This document shows, in pieces, positions 13,096-24,787 of a stretch of 64,000 nt of DNA. This stretch comes from Octopus sinensis. Taxonomy: Eukaryota. Within the stretch, counting starts at the first letter, position 1; each line of letters begins with the position of its first letter. The translations under genes and the position numbers were made by a program. Location of the stretch: assembly GCF_006345805.1 (NCBI RefSeq), contig NC_043020.1, positions 22,196,001 through 22,260,000 on the forward strand, read 5' to 3'. The notes under the pieces were generated by a model. It had not been told where the DNA came from. It worked only from the letters and a program-made list of their open reading frames with translations, and did no database searches.

Positions 13096-14365
13096 TTTTT
13101 TATTTTATTTATTTATCTAGTTTCAGCTCACAAGCTGTGGCCATGCTGAGGCACTGCCATTTGGTGTTGCTACATGATTTTACTTCACGAATGCTTTCTA
13201 GCAACTGCCATTTGGTGCATGAGAGAGTTCGATGCAGCTGCCCTCATCTGCACCTCCTGCCGTGAAGTTGGTTCATCTGGGATACCTGACAGGAAGAGAT
13301 CTAGCTTCATTTTAAAGACATCTGCATCCACCCCATGCAGGTCTCTCAGGTTCTTCGGGAGGATATTGAAGAGCTGTGGGCCTCGGAAGCCCAGGCTATC
13401 ACAGTATCTTGTCCTACTTCTTGATGGCAAATTTTGAATCCTTGGCACTACGCAGTGACGCCCAGTTCTGGCATTTGTGTAACTCTCGATTCCAATGTTT
13501 AGGACAAGTCCTTCTAGGATCTTCCAGATGTATATTATGGCATATCTTTCTCGCCTACGCTCCAGGGAATATAGTTTTAATCTCTTGAGTCTTTCCCAAT
13601 AGCTTATATGCTGCACAGAGGCTATCTTCTTCGTGTAGCTTCGTTGGATCGCCTCAAGTTCTGTGATTAACTTGACACTGGATGGTGGTCATAGCTGAGA
13701 GCAATAGTCAAAATGGCTTAGGACAAGTGTCCTCCAGAGGACCATCATGGTTTCCTGGTCTCTTGTTCTGAAGGTTCTGAGAATCCATCCGGTCAGCTGC
13801 CTACATTTCATTGCCAATTTAGCAACATGCACATGAAAGGTTACATCATCACTCATGTAAATACCCAGGTCTCGCACTGATTGTGCATCTGGGATTGCAA
13901 TCCCTCCAGGTCCAGTGTATTTATTGGGTATTGCATTTAGTTTTGCGTGCTGATAGCATAGAGCTTGAAACTTTTCAGCATTGAACTGCATGCTATTCTT
14001 TTCGGCCCACTTGTGTATTTTGTCCAGCTCACATTGCAGGTGCTTAGTGTCTTCAGGGTTCTGTATTGCCTGTGAAACTTTTGTATCATCTGCATAACTT
14101 GTGATCGTGGCTGAGGGCATGTCTGAGAGGGCCGTTATGAACAGTAGTGGTCCCAAAACAGTGCCCTGCGGAACACCGCTCACTCCTGACTTCTATCCTT
14201 CAGAAAGTCATGAAGCCATTCTCCCAATTTTCCAACTATGCCAAGATCACGCAGTTTGTGACTTAGCATTCCATGATCGACTTTATCTAAGGCCTTTGCA
14301 AAGTCGAGATATATGACTTCCACATTTGAGTGGTTGAGCAGTCGTTTCAGCACCCAGTCATAGTG
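13096..14365 (-). mobile_element. 5'-truncated CR1-group LINE (family A, copy 3) with internal deletions
   Basis: [10 protein letters not shown]...[36 protein letters not shown]. Same 3' UTR as copy 2, with a (TAAA)n tail. Confidence 0.92.
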
Positions 14366-14381
14366 TATGTATGTATGTATG

Positions 14382-14417
<36 letters not shown>

Positions 14418-14653
14418 TATGTATATATATGTATGTATATATGTATGTATATATGTATATATATATATGTATGTATGTATATGTATGTATATATGTATGT
14501 ATGTATGTATATATATGTATGTATGTAGATATATGTATGTATATATATATATGTATATATATATATGTATGTATATATATATGTATGTATATATGTAGTT
14601 ACTGCACGCATTTTTTTTCTCTCCTTCTTTCTGTGTTTTTCTCTCTCTGTGTA

Positions 14654-14691
14654 TCTTTCTGTTGAAGAGCGTAGGCTCGAAACGTTAAAGA
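14654..14691 (+). ncRNA. Minimal type I hammerhead-ribozyme-like motif (A6U variant)
   Basis: UCUUU-CUGUUGA-A-GAGC(GUAG)GCUC-GAAAC-GUU-AAAGA: 5-bp stem I, 4-bp stem II, palindromic stem III AACGUU. Activity untested. Confidence 0.55.
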
Positions 14692-14790
14692 CTTGTTTTA
14701 TTTATATTTCCTGAGCGCCATACTAATACAATTGTTCGTTTGTTTTCCACCTGCCTTCGTCTTTTGTTTATTTTCATAAAGCTTCCCGTT
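14654..14790 (+). mobile_element. Short hammerhead-bearing Penelope-type terminal repeat (solo pLTR-like) ending in (TA)n
   Basis: Near-identical to 57077-57187 (-). Related to 58440-58580, 27990-28156, 35310-35420, 42170-42262 and probably 18240-18335 through a TTTCCTGAGCGCC..TAATA motif. Confidence 0.6.
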
Positions 14791-14823
14791 ATATATATAT
14801 ATGTATGTATATATATGTATATA

Positions 14824-15935
14824 TTGGCTTCCGTGCTGTGGGCATGTAACAAACACCATCCGATCGTGGCCGTTCGCCAGCCTCATCTGGCACCTGTGTC
14901 GGTGGCACATAAAAACACCATCCGAATACCCGGCAAGACTAGTCAGGCCATAACCCGTGGCCCCTACCTGGGACGTAGTCAGTCCACCTGTGCATACCTT
15001 CCTTCTTATGACATTTGTGAAGACCTGTTGAGGCAAGTGATAATCAAATCAAATCAAAACAAATCAAAATAGATGAACATCAATGGAATTTGTATCTTTG
15101 TGGTACCAGTGCCGGTGGCACACAAGAAAACCATCCAAACGTGGCCGTAGCCAGTACCACTTCGACTGGCCTCCGTGCTGTGGGCACGTAACAAACACCA
15201 TCCGATCGTGGCCGTTCGCCAGCCTCATCTGGCACCTGTGTCGGTGGCACATAAAAACACCATCCGAAGACCCGGCAAGACTAGTCAGGCCATAACCCGT
15301 GGCCCCTACCTGGGACGTAGTCAGTCCAGCTGTGCATACCTTCCTTCTTATGACACTTGTGAAGACCTGTTGAGGCAAGTGTGTGACACTTGTGAAGACC
15401 TGTTGAGGCAAGTGAAAATTAAAATCAAAAAATCAAAATAGATGAACATCAATGGAATTTGTATGTTTGTGGTACCCAGTGCCGGTGGCACACAAGAAAT
15501 CCATCCGAACGTGGCCGTAGCCAGTACCGCATCGACTGGCCTCCGTGCTGTGGGCACGTAACAAACACCATCCGATCGTGGCCGTTCGCCAGCCTCATCT
15601 GGCACTTGTGTCGGTGGCACATAAAAACACCATCCGAGCGTGGCCGTCTGCCAGCCTCGTCTGGCACCTGTGTCGGTGGCACATAAAAAACACCATCCGA
15701 GCATGGCCGTTCGCCAGCCTCGTCTGGCACCTGTGTCGGTGACACATAAAATCACCCACTACACTCTCGGAGTGGTTGGCGTTAGGAAGGGCATCCAGCT
15801 GAAGAAACACTGCCAGATCTGACTGGCCTGGTGCAGCCTTCGGGCTCCCCAGACCCCAGTTGAACCGTCCAACCCATGCTAGCATGGAAAGCGGACGTTA
15901 ATTGATGATGATGTTGATGATGATGATGATGATGA
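14824..15935 (+). repeat. Second concatemer of the RTE-derived 3' unit with (GAT)n tail
   Basis: Same CCATCCGAAGACCCGGCAAGACTAGTCAGG junction near 14920 and 15261 as in the 8589-10706 array, in opposite orientation. Confidence 0.88.
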
Positions 15936-16033
15936 TATATATATGTATGTGTGTATTTATATATATATATATATATGTATGTGTGTATATATATATATGT
16001 ATGTATGTATGTGTGTATATATATATATGTATG

Positions 16034-16072
<39 letters not shown>

Positions 16073-16119
16073 ATATATATATATATATATGTATGTATGT
16101 GTATATATATATATGTATG

Positions 16120-16180
<61 letters not shown>

Positions 16181-16272
16181 ATATATATATGTATGTATGT
16201 GTATATATATATATATGTATGTATGTGTATATATATGTATATGTATGTATGTGTATATATATATATATGTAT

Positions 16273-16314
<42 letters not shown>

Positions 16315-16528
16315 ATATATATATATATGTATGTATGTGTATATATATATATATATATGTATGTGTATATATATGTATGTATGTGTATATATATATATGT
16401 ATGTATGTGTATATATATATATATGTATGTGTATATATATATATGTATGTATGTGTATATATATATATATGTATGTATGTGTATATATATATGTATGTAT
16501 GTGTGTATATATATATATATATATACAT
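15935..16528. repeat. (TA)n/(TATG)n microsatellite
   Basis: Direct reading. Confidence 0.97.
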
Positions 16529-16841
16529 AATACGTAAATATGAAACAAGGTGGAAAAATTAGTACTTGAAAACCGGAGGTAGAGCAATATACATATGTAT
16601 TTTTTATATGTATATCTGTGTGTGTTTGTGTGTTTAATATATAGATCGATCAATAGATTGCTGAATACTCTCACCTGTTCCAACAGTCTAAGACAGGTGT
16701 GTGGGGGTATTGTCTTGAAAGTCTGTGCTTTGATATATTTGTGTTTTTAAACAGAATTACTTTGTCATACTGACATCTGCTGCACGAAACCTTTTACTAT
16801 GAAGAATTCCGTTTACCCCATAACAATTAAATATATATGTA

Positions 16842-16878
<37 letters not shown>

Positions 16879-17361
16879 GCTCCAGCATAGATGCATCCAG
16901 ATGGCTGAAAGCATTTCAAAGTATATAAAGTGTGTGTGTGTAATGTTTATGTATATTTTTGTTGTGGATATTGTGTATATACATACACGTGTGTATATAT
17001 ATATATACATGAACAGATGTGTGTTTATGTTGAATGCCACCACACAATAGACTAATGTATGTGCGCGTGCTCATGTTTGTATGTGTGTGTTTAGTGAAGC
17101 TTTATTGTGTGTGTGTGTGTGTGGTGTATATTTGTGTATGAATATTTGTGAGCCTTCATTTATTTATCGATTTATTTATGTCTGACTATATATGTCAGGT
17201 CAACGCTCAGCCATCAAGACCTGTGAACAAAAGCTCTGCAGGCATGACCATTTTGTTCTCTCTTAAACTGTGTCTAAATTTACATTAATCTATGGGTCCT
17301 TTACTCGTTTAAGCTGTTAAGACGTGAATTGAAGGATATTTGGTTTCTGTTTCTAGCAAGT

Positions 17362-17412
<51 letters not shown>

Positions 17413-18357
17413 TTCACTGTTTGTCCCCCTGTCCACCTTGTCTATCTGTTTCCTTATCTATATTGTCCACCTTTCAATACTCAATTTTCTCCCACTTTCT
17501 CTCATCATCATCATCATCATTATTTAATATTTTTTCCAACATTTTGGAGGACCTTTTAATATTCTAATTGCAGTTTTTCTCCCTCTTTTTATCTCTCCTT
17601 TTCTATATACATACCTTCATACATATATACGTACTTACATGCGTACATAGATGTATATATAATGAATATGATGTGTATATGTGTATGTACATACAGGCAT
17701 ATCAATGCACACACACACACACACACACATAATGTATATACAATGTATATACACGCACAGACACCTCTTACAGTATTGTAGTGTCAGTACTGGGAAGTTC
17801 ATTGACCTGCCAATAACAGATCTGCTGATCCCTGTCTGCCTTTGTCAGACAACACGAACACTCCCACCCAGCACCATATAGCATTATGTAGTAGTGAACC
17901 CGCCACCACCACCACCACCACTTGTACTGTGCATTGGAGCTGAAACATCTTGAGACAGACATTCTAAGAACACTCCAAAATAAGCACAGGAATAGTATTG
18001 TGAAATGAAACGTTTTAGCATTTCATAATAGTCTGTAAGGTTTTTTTTAATCTTCTATTTGCTTCAGTCACTTGGCTGTGGTCATACTGGAGTACTGCCT
18101 TGAAATTTAATCAAGCAGATCGAACACAAGTTCCTAATTTTTTAAGCTTGGTACTTATTCCATCAGTCTCTTTTGCCAGACAGCTAAGTTATGAGGAATA
18201 TAAACACACTAACATCAGTATGTATGTGTGTGTATATATATAAAGTAAATACCAAAAAAGAACAACAAACACAAAAAAAACAGCAACGCGAGCATATGGT
18301 AGATGTAAAGTATTAGCAGACACTCAGTGAAGGAAAGGTGGTTTTACAGATAAACCT

Positions 18358-19167
18358 CTGAAGAAAGCCTTTGACAGGGTCCCCCGATCCCTTATCTGGT
18401 GGTCAATGAGGAAACTAGGGATAGATGAATGGTTAGTGAGAGCTGTATGAGCCATGTACAGGGACGCTGTTAGTAAGGTGAGGGTTGGCAATGAGTACAG
18501 TGAAGAATTCCGGGTAGAGGTTGGGGTCCACCAAGGTTTAGTACTCCAAGCAATAATGGAGGAATTCATGACAGGATGCCCCTGGGAGCTCCTCTATGCT
18601 ATTGACCTCGCACTATTGCTGAGTCACTATCAGAACTGGAGAAGAGGTTTCAGGTGTGGAAGCAAAGATTAGAATCGAAGGGCCTTAGAGTCAACCTAGC
18701 TAAAACCTAAGTTCTAATAAGTAGGAAGGTAGACAAATCACAAACACCTTCAGGTAGATGGCCCTGCTCGATCTGTAGAAAAGGCGTAGGTAGAAACTCT
18801 ATAAGATGCACCAAGTGTAAGCTATGGACACATAAGAGGTGCAGCAATGTCAAAGGAAGGCTAACTAGGAAGATAGTTTTTGTATGTGGCAGATGCTCAG
18901 GAGCAATAAACACTGAAAATACGCAGAGACCATCTCCCGCCACATTCCAGGGAGAAAAACTAGAAATAGTTGATAGCTTCCATTACCTAGGTGATCAAGT
19001 TAGTAGTGGGGGTGGGTGTGCTGAAAGTGTAACTGCTAGAGTAAGAATAGCCTGGGCAAAGTTCAGAGAGCTCTTACCTCTGCTGGTGACAAAAGGCCTC
19101 TCGCTCAGAGTAAAAGGCAGACTGTATGATGCATGTGTACGTACAGCCATGCTACATGGCAGTGAAA
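18358..19167 (+). mobile_element. Degenerate RTE-clade LINE fragment (RT region with inserted PHD-type Cys/His finger)
   Basis: KAFDRVPR, VGVHQG, LLYA(D)DL, then CSICRKGVGRNSIRCTKCKLWTHKRC...CGRC and F.YLGDQVSSGGGC ... KGRLYDACVRTAMLHGSE. Confidence 0.88.
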
Positions 19168-19499
19168 AATATATAAACATATATATATATGTTTATATAC
19201 TCATATATATAGACATACATATATATATATATACACACACACACATAGATACACATATACACACACATATATATATGTATACATCATTTCTCTCTACCTC
19301 TTATCTATCAATCTGTGTCTTCATCCGTTAGTCCTTATTTTTTTCTTTCTCTTTCCCTCTCATCGCCACCTCTCTCCACTCCCCGTCTCCTCTCTCCTCC
19401 CTCCAGTCTTTTGGTTAAAGTCTTTTCTCTGATTTCTGTTTACTGTTGTTAGGTTAGCGTCGATTACATCATCGCTCTCATCATTTTAAATTTTGCACT

Positions 19500-19935
19500 G
19501 TTGTCATCATTGCCACCACCACTACCGCTGCTGCTGCAACTGCGATCACCACCACAACCACCACTACTACAACCTTCCTCATTTCATTTCCACTTGTTCT
19601 GTGATCAACAATACTGTTATGCCATCATTGCCATCATCATCATCATCCCCACCACCACCACCACCACCACTACTATTGTCACCTTTACCACTGCCATCAT
19701 CATCATCGTCGTCACTGTCAACATCACCACCACCATTGCCACTACCTTTGTCACTTTTACCACCACCAAACATCATCATAATCACTATCATCACCACCAT
19801 CATCATCATCATCACTATCATCACCACCACCACCATCATCACTATCAACATCAACACTATCGCCACTACTTTTATCACCTTTGCCACCACCACCATTATC
19901 ATCATTGTCATCATCATCACCACCACCACCATCAT
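19500..19935. repeat. (CAT/CAC)n trinucleotide low-complexity tract
   Basis: Direct reading. Similar tracts at 20250-20340 and 32330-32530. Confidence 0.9.
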
Positions 19936-20113
19936 TGTCCTCTTTGCTGTACAGTTTTACCTTTCATCTTTGGCAACAATAATTAAAATTCTGAGAATTT
20001 TATTTTCTTCCCAGAATTTTGAATTTTGAACATTTTGACCCCCACCCCACTTCCTCCTCTCCATTCTGTAACTTAAGAGTTGTTTTTTTTAAATTCTTTC
20101 CTGCCCCCATCAG

Positions 20114-20245
20114 GTTGGGGAAATCTGTTCTGAAACTCCACCGATTTCTATTCCTTATAATGGTTTCGTAGAACTAAAAATGGAATTGTATTATGGAAAA
20201 CCGTGGCTGTCATCACCATCCTCATCTGCAGCAGCAGCAGTCTGA
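20114..20245 (+). CDS. Candidate terminal coding exon of an unidentified gene (VGEICSETPPISIPYNGFVELKMELYYGKPWLSSPSSSAAAAV*)
   Basis: Pyrimidine tract and cccccatcAG acceptor, 43 open codons of non-repetitive composition, then a stop and (CAT)n. No homology recognised. Confidence 0.25.
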   Translation, partial: VGEICSETPPISIPYNGFVELKMELYYGKPWLSSPSSSAAAAV

Positions 20246-20261
20246 ATATTACATCATCATT

Positions 20262-20317
<56 letters not shown>

Positions 20318-20860
20318 AGCCATCAGCATTCAGCCATCACCATCATAATTGTAATAATCAGCATCATGTTGATGGTCATCATCATCGTCATGTTGTTTAA
20401 CTACTGGTCAGGTCTGATCGAAAGCATTCCATTCCAGCCATGACCATCTTGTTTTTTAAGGTTGTGTGAGGTGACTACACTACCTGATGAGTCCTTTCCT
20501 TATTCAAGATGTTAGGATGTGGTTTGAGGGAAACTTGGCTGCTGTTTTTGGCAGGTTCATTTGCCATGTGGGGGCTCTTTCTTATGCTTGACCCTACATA
20601 GTACTAAGTCATCATCATTGTTGTCATTTTATCACCTCAGCCTTCTTCCCTTTCAGAAATCTTCTCTATGGCCTCGTCTTTTCCCTTTTCCTTTCCTTCT
20701 CTTCCATAGTCTGCCTCTCCCCCTCTTCCATTCACCTCACTCTTTAGACTCTCCCCCCCTCTTCTACTTTATTTGTCTGTCTGTCACAGTTTTAACAATA
20801 AGGAATTGGATCACACCGTTTTCTAGATCAACTTCATTCAGCCTCCATGATATCTCACTA

Positions 20861-20894
<34 letters not shown>

Positions 20895-21312
20895 CTTACC
20901 CTTGATTGTTGCCTGGTTTAACACCACCACCTCCTTCTCCTCTTCCTGGCCCATGGATGTCTTTTGTAGCGTTCATTTTTTTTTCAAGGCATTCAAGTTT
21001 CCCTGGTCTGAGATGCGGTGGTGTGTCATTTCTTTCCCGTTAATGTTTAAAGTTTTGTTGTGTTTGGGGAGAAAGACTCTGGAAAAAAGACCATCAAAGG
21101 TAGCTGTGTTTTTTTTCTTTTTTTTTTCTTAACTCGGTCATTGAAAGTATGTGAGAACATCACAGACTCTTGTGTGAGGTGGGGAACTCGTGTCAGAAGA
21201 TGAAAGGTCAGAGGATGACAGAGAGGCAGAAACAGGTGTCTTGCTATAACGAAGAGGGCACTGGAGGTGGTGATCCAGTATCAGATGAGGAAAAATTAGA
21301 GTGTGATAATGA

Positions 21313-21507
21313 CAAACCGTTTTGATATCCACCTGTCTGAGACTGCTCCTGGTTCTATCATTTGAATTTTATGTTTAAAGTAATTTAAATTAAAAACATT
21401 CCATTAAAATTTCATCTGATTTTATTTCAAACACCATTTTAAGAACGGCAAAGTTATTTTCCAAAATTCTTCATTAATTTTTAAATTAACTGAAACGAAA
21501 AGGGTTA
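21313..21507 (-). mobile_element. piggyBac-type MITE, degenerate (same family as 30703-30929, reverse orientation)
   Basis: Ends GAAACGAAAAGGG-TTAA. Internal sequence aligns by eye to the reverse complement of 30703-30929. Confidence 0.65.
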
Positions 21508-21845
21508 ATGACCTTCTCTTGCTGCATTGTTTTGTCATCATTACATCATCCTTCATCACTCATTATTCAATGTCTTTTTTCTATGCTGGCATGGGTTGTA
21601 CTGTTTTAAAACTCGTATATATTTAAGTGAACTTTTTGAAATCCTTTTCTTCAAACACAAAAAAGAAAGTCTTTGAATTTCTTTGTCAGGAATATCAAAT
21701 ATACAGGATTTGTATAAAATTTCAACTTTTTTAATTACAAATTAATTATGAAATTTTAACTTTTTTAATTATAAATATGAAATTTTAACTTTTTTTTTAA
21801 TTATGATATAATTTAAATCACTATCTCTGTAAATGTAAACAGAAC

Positions 21846-22222
21846 AGGTGTAGGAGTGGCTGTGTGGTAAGTAGCTTGCTTATGAACCACATGGTTCTGG
21901 GTTCAGTCCCACTGCGTGGCACCTTGGGCAAGTGTCTTCTACTATAGCCTCGGGCCAACCAAAGCCTTGTGATGGAAACTGAAAGAAGCCCGTCGTATAT
22001 ATGTGTATATATATATGTTTGTGTGTCTGTGTTTTTCCCCCCCAACATCGCTTCACAACCAATGCTGGTGTGTTTACATCCCCGTAACTTAGCGGTTCGG
22101 CAAAAGAGACTGATAGAATAAGTACCAGGCTTACAAAGAATAAATCCTAGGGTTGATTTGCTCGACTAAAGGCGGTGCTCCAGCATGGCCAAAGTCAAAT
22201 GACTGAAACAAGTAAAAGAGTA
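21846..22222 (+). mobile_element. Full-length tRNA-derived SINE (family 1)
   Basis: A-box-like TGGCTGTGTGG, B-box-like GGTTCAGTCCC, CCTTGGGCAAGT core, internal TA/TG tract, 3' tail shared with LINE family A. Confidence 0.88.
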
Positions 22223-22690
22223 GAACAATTTAATTTAATGTGTAGATTGATAGTTTTTTTTTTATTCTTTGGTCAGGAGGTGGGGCCAGTGGCCAGAGAC
22301 TATTAGGAAAGAAGAGAGGAGGGAGGAGGATAGTCTCCTCAAGCCTGAGACCTGACTTGAATATTAATTACAGAATAGAGGTCACTAAGGGCACCCAAAG
22401 TGAAGGGTTAAGTCTAACTCATCCTGCAGATAAGCTATGGTGGGATTCGAATCCAGCAGGTATAAACTTTTTTATCTCTGATGCATACACATGAAATATA
22501 ATGAATGATTGATATATTCTCTCTATCCTGGATAAATGTAACATTATTAAAAGGATTTTAACACTTTATTACACATCGCTTAGCATGGACAATAGATGAA
22601 AGTTCCTTCCAGCCGTGACCTTGGCCAGGAAATTAAAAAATAGGTAACATTTAGTTCTCCTGTATAAATAAGTAATATTTAGTCGTGTAT

Positions 22691-24690
22691 GTTAGTTAGT
22701 TAGTTAGTTAATTTGGCTCAAAAGCAAATAGCAAGGCCATGTAGGGGGACATGGAGTTAAGTACAGGGTGGTGTTCATGTAAAGAGTTCAGGCCACTTGA
22801 GGTCCAGGGAGGCTTTGAACAAAGCGGTCGTCGGCATCTTCACCATCTCGTCTGGCAGCTTGTTCCACGGATCCGCAACCCGGACGGAGAAAGCTCCTCT
22901 CCTTCGATTGAGATGAAATCGTCGCAGGTAGAGCTTTTCGGAATGACCCCGCAGCCGACGCTCTGGAGCAGGAGTGAAGAACAGCTCTTTCGAGAGGTTA
23001 CACTTTCCGCTTATAATGTTGTGGGCGAGAATGAGATCACCACGGCGGCGGCGTTTTTCAAGAGAATAAAGGTCGAGCCTCCTCAGCCTTTCTTCGTAGG
23101 ACAAATTTTTGAGACCATGAACCATGCGGGTAGCCAGCCTCTGGACTCTTTCGAGATGCTGTATGTCTTTGAGGAGATAAGGAGAAGAGGCCTGAATCCC
23201 ATACTCCAATATGGGTCTCACCAGCGTGACATAGAGTGGTAGGAATATGGCTGCTGTGAGCATTCCGAATGACCGTCGAATCAAGAACAGAATTCCGCGT
23301 GCTTTATTGGCAGCATGGACGCACTGGGCCGAAGGCGAAAAGGAGGAATCCACCAAGATACCCAGGTCCTTTACCTGATTGGTCCTCTCCAGCAGCAGAC
23401 GACCCGGCTCGAAATCAAGTTGAGTTGCAGGAGTAGAGCCGACAGGCAGATGACAGCACTTTGACACGTTCAGACACAGGTTCCAATCGTTAGACCACTT
23501 CCAAATTTGGTGGAGGCATCGACGAAGATCCTCTATATTACCGCGAGGAGCGACCAGTTTGATATCGTCGGCAAATAGAAGGGTGTGTTGCGTGAGGTCG
23601 TCGGGCAAGTCATTTATGAAGACTAAGAACAACAAGGGCCCAAGCACTGAACCTTGAGGCACGCCACTGCTCGCACTGGAGACGTCGGACCGCGAACCAT
23701 TAACTTGGACTTGGAAGGAGCGATCTGAGAGGAAGGCACCAACCCATCGTATAATATCCGGATGGAAACTATATGCTTGAAGCTTGACAAGTAATAGGCG
23801 GTGGTTTACCGAGTCAAACGCTTTGGCAAAGTCCAATAAAACGATGTCAACAGCATCACTATCATCGAGGATGCACGTCACCAATTCTTCCATTACTAGT
23901 AAGTTGGTCAAGCATGATCTCTTCGGCACGAAGCCGTGTTGGGAATCAGAGATAGAGGCTGTGTTTAGGAGGTGGAGCATCATACTTTTCTTAAGGATGG
24001 TTTCGAACATCTTGCTGATTATTGATGTAAGGGAAACCGGTCAGTAGTTAAGCGGGTCTTCGCGGCTCCCTTTCTTGAAAATTGGGCAGATTATCGCTGT
24101 TCTCCAGTCTGCAGGTATAACACCCGTCGCCAATGACATATTGAATAGTCGTGTTAAGGGCTCGCAGATGACCGGGGTCAACGCTTTGATAACCCGTGGG
24201 TGTATGCCGTCAGGGCCGTGACCCTTGTTGACATCGAGGCCTTGAATAACACGTTTGACTTCGTCCCGCGTGATGACCAATCGAAGCATTGGAGGTACCG
24301 ATCTATCAAATGGAGGGGGTTCACGACCATCATCTTGTTTGAAAATAGTTGAAAAAGCCTCGGCAAATAATTGACTCTGTTGATAAGGGTCCTCAATCGA
24401 TACGCCTGTTGAGTCTACCAACGTTGCAATCTGGTTGTTCAAGCGGGAATTCCGCTGGACATGGGCAAAGAAGGTTTTTGGATTGCTACTGGCATTTGCC
24501 GCGATTTTGTATTCATAACTGAAGCGTTCTCTCTTTTCAATTTCCACGGCTCGGTCTCGTTCAGTTTTGTACACCTCAAAAGCTGCAGTCGAATCCAGAT
24601 TTTTGAATTCAGCCCAAGCAATATCTCTGAGTCGACGTTCTCGTTTAACCTTCTTCGTTGCCCAGCGCTTGTGTTTCTTCTTCTTGGGAA
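22691..24690 (-). mobile_element. Young 5'-truncated CR1-clade LINE (family B) with (CTAA)n tail
   Basis: About 630 codons with one in-frame TGA at 24041-43 (NY*PVSL, from CGA). Motifs QHGF, LDFAKAFDSVNH, GVPQGSVLGP, FADD, LYSLEKRRRRGDLI. Confidence 0.92.
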
Positions 24691-24787
24691 GCCCAACATT
24701 TACTTTCTGATTTTTAGATTTAGAAATTGAGAGAATAAACATACATCTAACTCATGAATAAGTGTGGTATATCTTGGACTACATTAA

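Noticed and set aside
12548-14365. Apparent inverted segmental duplication of about 7150-9100 (LINE tail facing RTE tail)
   Set aside because: The LINE copies differ by many substitutions and deletions and the RTE tails are different variants. Independent insertions explain it better.
20900-21078. Minus-strand exon with ttttttccAG acceptor and GTAAGT donor
   Set aside because: All three frames contain a stop as assembled. It would need a homopolymer error or a non-coding role, and there is no supporting evidence.
21846-21920. tRNA gene
   Set aside because: A/B boxes are present but there is no cloverleaf. It continues into a SINE body found in many copies.
22691-22710. (TTAG)n as telomeric repeat
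   Set aside because: Only five units, and it is the (CTAA)n tail of the adjacent CR1.
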